This document shows, piece by piece, positions 32,742 to 34,605 of a stretch of 34,605 nt of DNA (position 1 is the stretch's first letter; each line of letters begins with the position of its first letter). The stretch covers positions 1-34,605 of the forward strand of contig JAQGDQ010001564.1 in assembly GCA_030141605.1 (NCBI GenBank). Direction: 5' to 3'. The DNA comes from Tubiluchus corallicola (taxonomy: Eukaryota; Animalia; Priapulida). Made by a program: the position numbers and the translations under genes. The notes beneath the pieces are model-generated. The model ran no database searches. It saw only the letters and a list, made by a program, of their open reading frames with translations, and had not been told where the DNA came from.

Positions 32742-33309
32742 GTAGACTAACGGCCAAATCACGTTGAAAACACCGGTTCTCGTCTGATCACCGAAGTTAA
32801 GCAACGTAGAGCCTGGTTAGTATTTGGATGGGTGACCGCCTATGAATACCAGGTGCTGTAGGCTTGCCGGATGCCCACACTGTATCTCGACACTAGGCGG
32901 AGGAGCTGCACAAGCAGCCAACGACTAGAGGGCGGAAGAGGTCAAGTGACCCAACGGCCATGTGTAGAGGAGTAAACCTTCCAAATCAGGAGTGGAGCCC
33001 CGAAGGCGGACCAGTGCAGCATGCTCACTGACTCCGGCAGCTCCTGCAGCCAACCTGGTGCCAAACGTATCGCCCCGCTTTCCTTTGGACTACACCAGGG
33101 AGGAAGAGAGGGGGTTCCTGTTGTCTGGGCAACTCAGGATCTCCATACACCTTGCCCAGGCGTGCGCCCTGGAGAGGCCACTCCAGTGGTTCAAGGATCG
33201 GACTGCTCAGCCACAGTCGACGCTGCAGCTCCATCAATGTGATCAATAACTGACTCTCTTGGCGCACACTCCATTGTCTTGCGAGACAGAAGGATGCCAA
33301 CAACAACAA
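32742..33309 (+). mobile_element. 5S-derived SINE3, copy 3 (most complete)
   Basis: Full 5S-like head 32745-32865 (box A AGTTAAGC, box C TGGATGGGTGACCG); ~435-bp body; (CAA)n tail; 9-bp TSD atgttgtac (32733-32741 / 33310-33318). Confidence 0.93.
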
Positions 33310-34395
33310 ATGTTGTACTTGTCCAATAGCAGTAAGTATTCGTAGTCATGGTAATTTACTGATAAATTTCTGTAAAGCCTGTAACTTCAGTTGGTAACAA
33401 GAAAACGTTATGACAAGATGTCTATAATTAAGTGTAATCTGGCAGTTCTTACCACAAAATTCATTGTTCTGCTACTATGAGCCACTAGCACAGGGTATGA
33501 TGAGATCTTATGGCAAGAGTTAAGGACAAGAAAACCCTCCACTTACATAAAGCTTGAAATTTCATACCAAATTCAATTCAATTCAATATTTTTTTATTAT
33601 TTGGCTGATTTGAACACAAAATATTAAATTATTTACATAATGAAAATAACAATGCAATAATAAAAACATAAACAAAAACATAATACAACTTACATACTAC
33701 CTTTTTGTATGCATGGCTTGCATCGGCCATAAAGTTGTATAAAAGGTGTAAATTTAAACTCCCGCGATGGCCGTTAGGCGTAGACATTTTAATGGTAGGT
33801 CATTTGAAACAAGTTTTGGTAACATTGAGTAAAGTTTGAAAAAATAATCACTAGCGTACATTCGCTAATTAAGTGAAATTTTAAATTACTGTATCTTGTC
33901 AATAAGATTAAAAATACGTTTTGGCTAGTGAGTGGCGCACCCTGGAGGGTGAGTCGGTAACATTTTACCAATTGGCACGAACATTTTAAATTATTTTTCT
34001 AGTTACACAAGTCTTTCCAGCAGGTAAGTGAAATGCTAAGTAATATAGATTTGCACGGAAAGTTTTTTTGGGTCATAATTTAACATTGCCTTTTCTTCCC
34101 CTGATTTACGTATTTTGGTGACGTCATGTAATGGCGCCGTCGGAACAATATTGCGGGAGATTTAAAATGAAAACAAACAAAAATTCCTTTCAACGCGAAT
34201 ACGACATGCGCATAAAATTGCTGTAAAGTAGTATACTTTTTCAAGGCGATTTTTCTGATACCTACTTCAGGTGCCCCTTTTCTTGTCCTTTGAGCACTGC
34301 GTATTCCTGCACCAGTATGAACTGGGGTTTAGATTTCAAAAAGTTAGATTACAAGAAGTAGTATAAAATTCTACATCAATGCAGCATATTTCACA

Positions 34396-34605
34396 TAGAT
34401 AGATAGATCGAAAGATGGATGGATGGATGGATGGATGGATGGATGGATGGATGGATGGATGGATGGATGGATGGATGGATGGATGGATGGATGGATGGAT
34501 GGATGGATGGATGGATGGATGGATGGATGGATGGATGGATGGATGGATGGATGGATGGATAGATGGATAGATGGATAGATAGATGGATAGATAGATAGAT
34601 AGATA
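34396..34605. repeat. (GATA)n/(GGAT)n microsatellite
   Basis: Direct reading. Confidence 0.95.

Noticed and set aside
32745-32865. Functional 5S rRNA gene (also about 2533-2652 and 8316-8412)
   Set aside because: No oligo-T terminator, always fused to the same body, flanked by TSDs, and each copy has private mutations: SINE heads.
32866-33300. HDV-like ribozyme in the RTE-like body
   Set aside because: Some RTE 5' ends carry one, but I could not assemble the P1/P2/P3/L3 nested pseudoknot by eye; an RNArobo or Infernal search is needed.

Overview
AT-rich eukaryotic (invertebrate animal-like) genomic DNA with spliceosomal introns, many repeats and one 576-N gap; no prokaryotic features. Four protein genes are supported. 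(1) A + strand gene entering from the left encodes two C-type lectin domains and then one 2.79-kb exon of calcium-binding EGF domains with 21 near-identical 123-bp repeats. (2) A - strand type I membrane LRR receptor (signal peptide, LRRs, LRRCT, TM, short tail; about 567 aa, 4 exons over 12.4 kb). Its TM exon acceptor is amplified into a 12 x 140-bp tandem array in which every unit carries an AG acceptor, the TM-coding sequence and a CTCF-like motif. (3) An intronless secreted VWA (MIDAS) gene nested in intron 1 of the LRR gene. (4) A His/Cys-rich small heat-shock protein with two alpha-crystallin domains. Mobile DNA includes three copies of a 5S-rRNA-headed SINE (SINE3) with an RTE-like body, piggyBac-, Tigger- and Kolobok-type MITEs, LINE fragments, minisatellites and a (TA)n-linked palindromic rearrangement scar. 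Exon structures were derived by hand from splice signals and phase; family assignments rest on motif recognition, not database searches.
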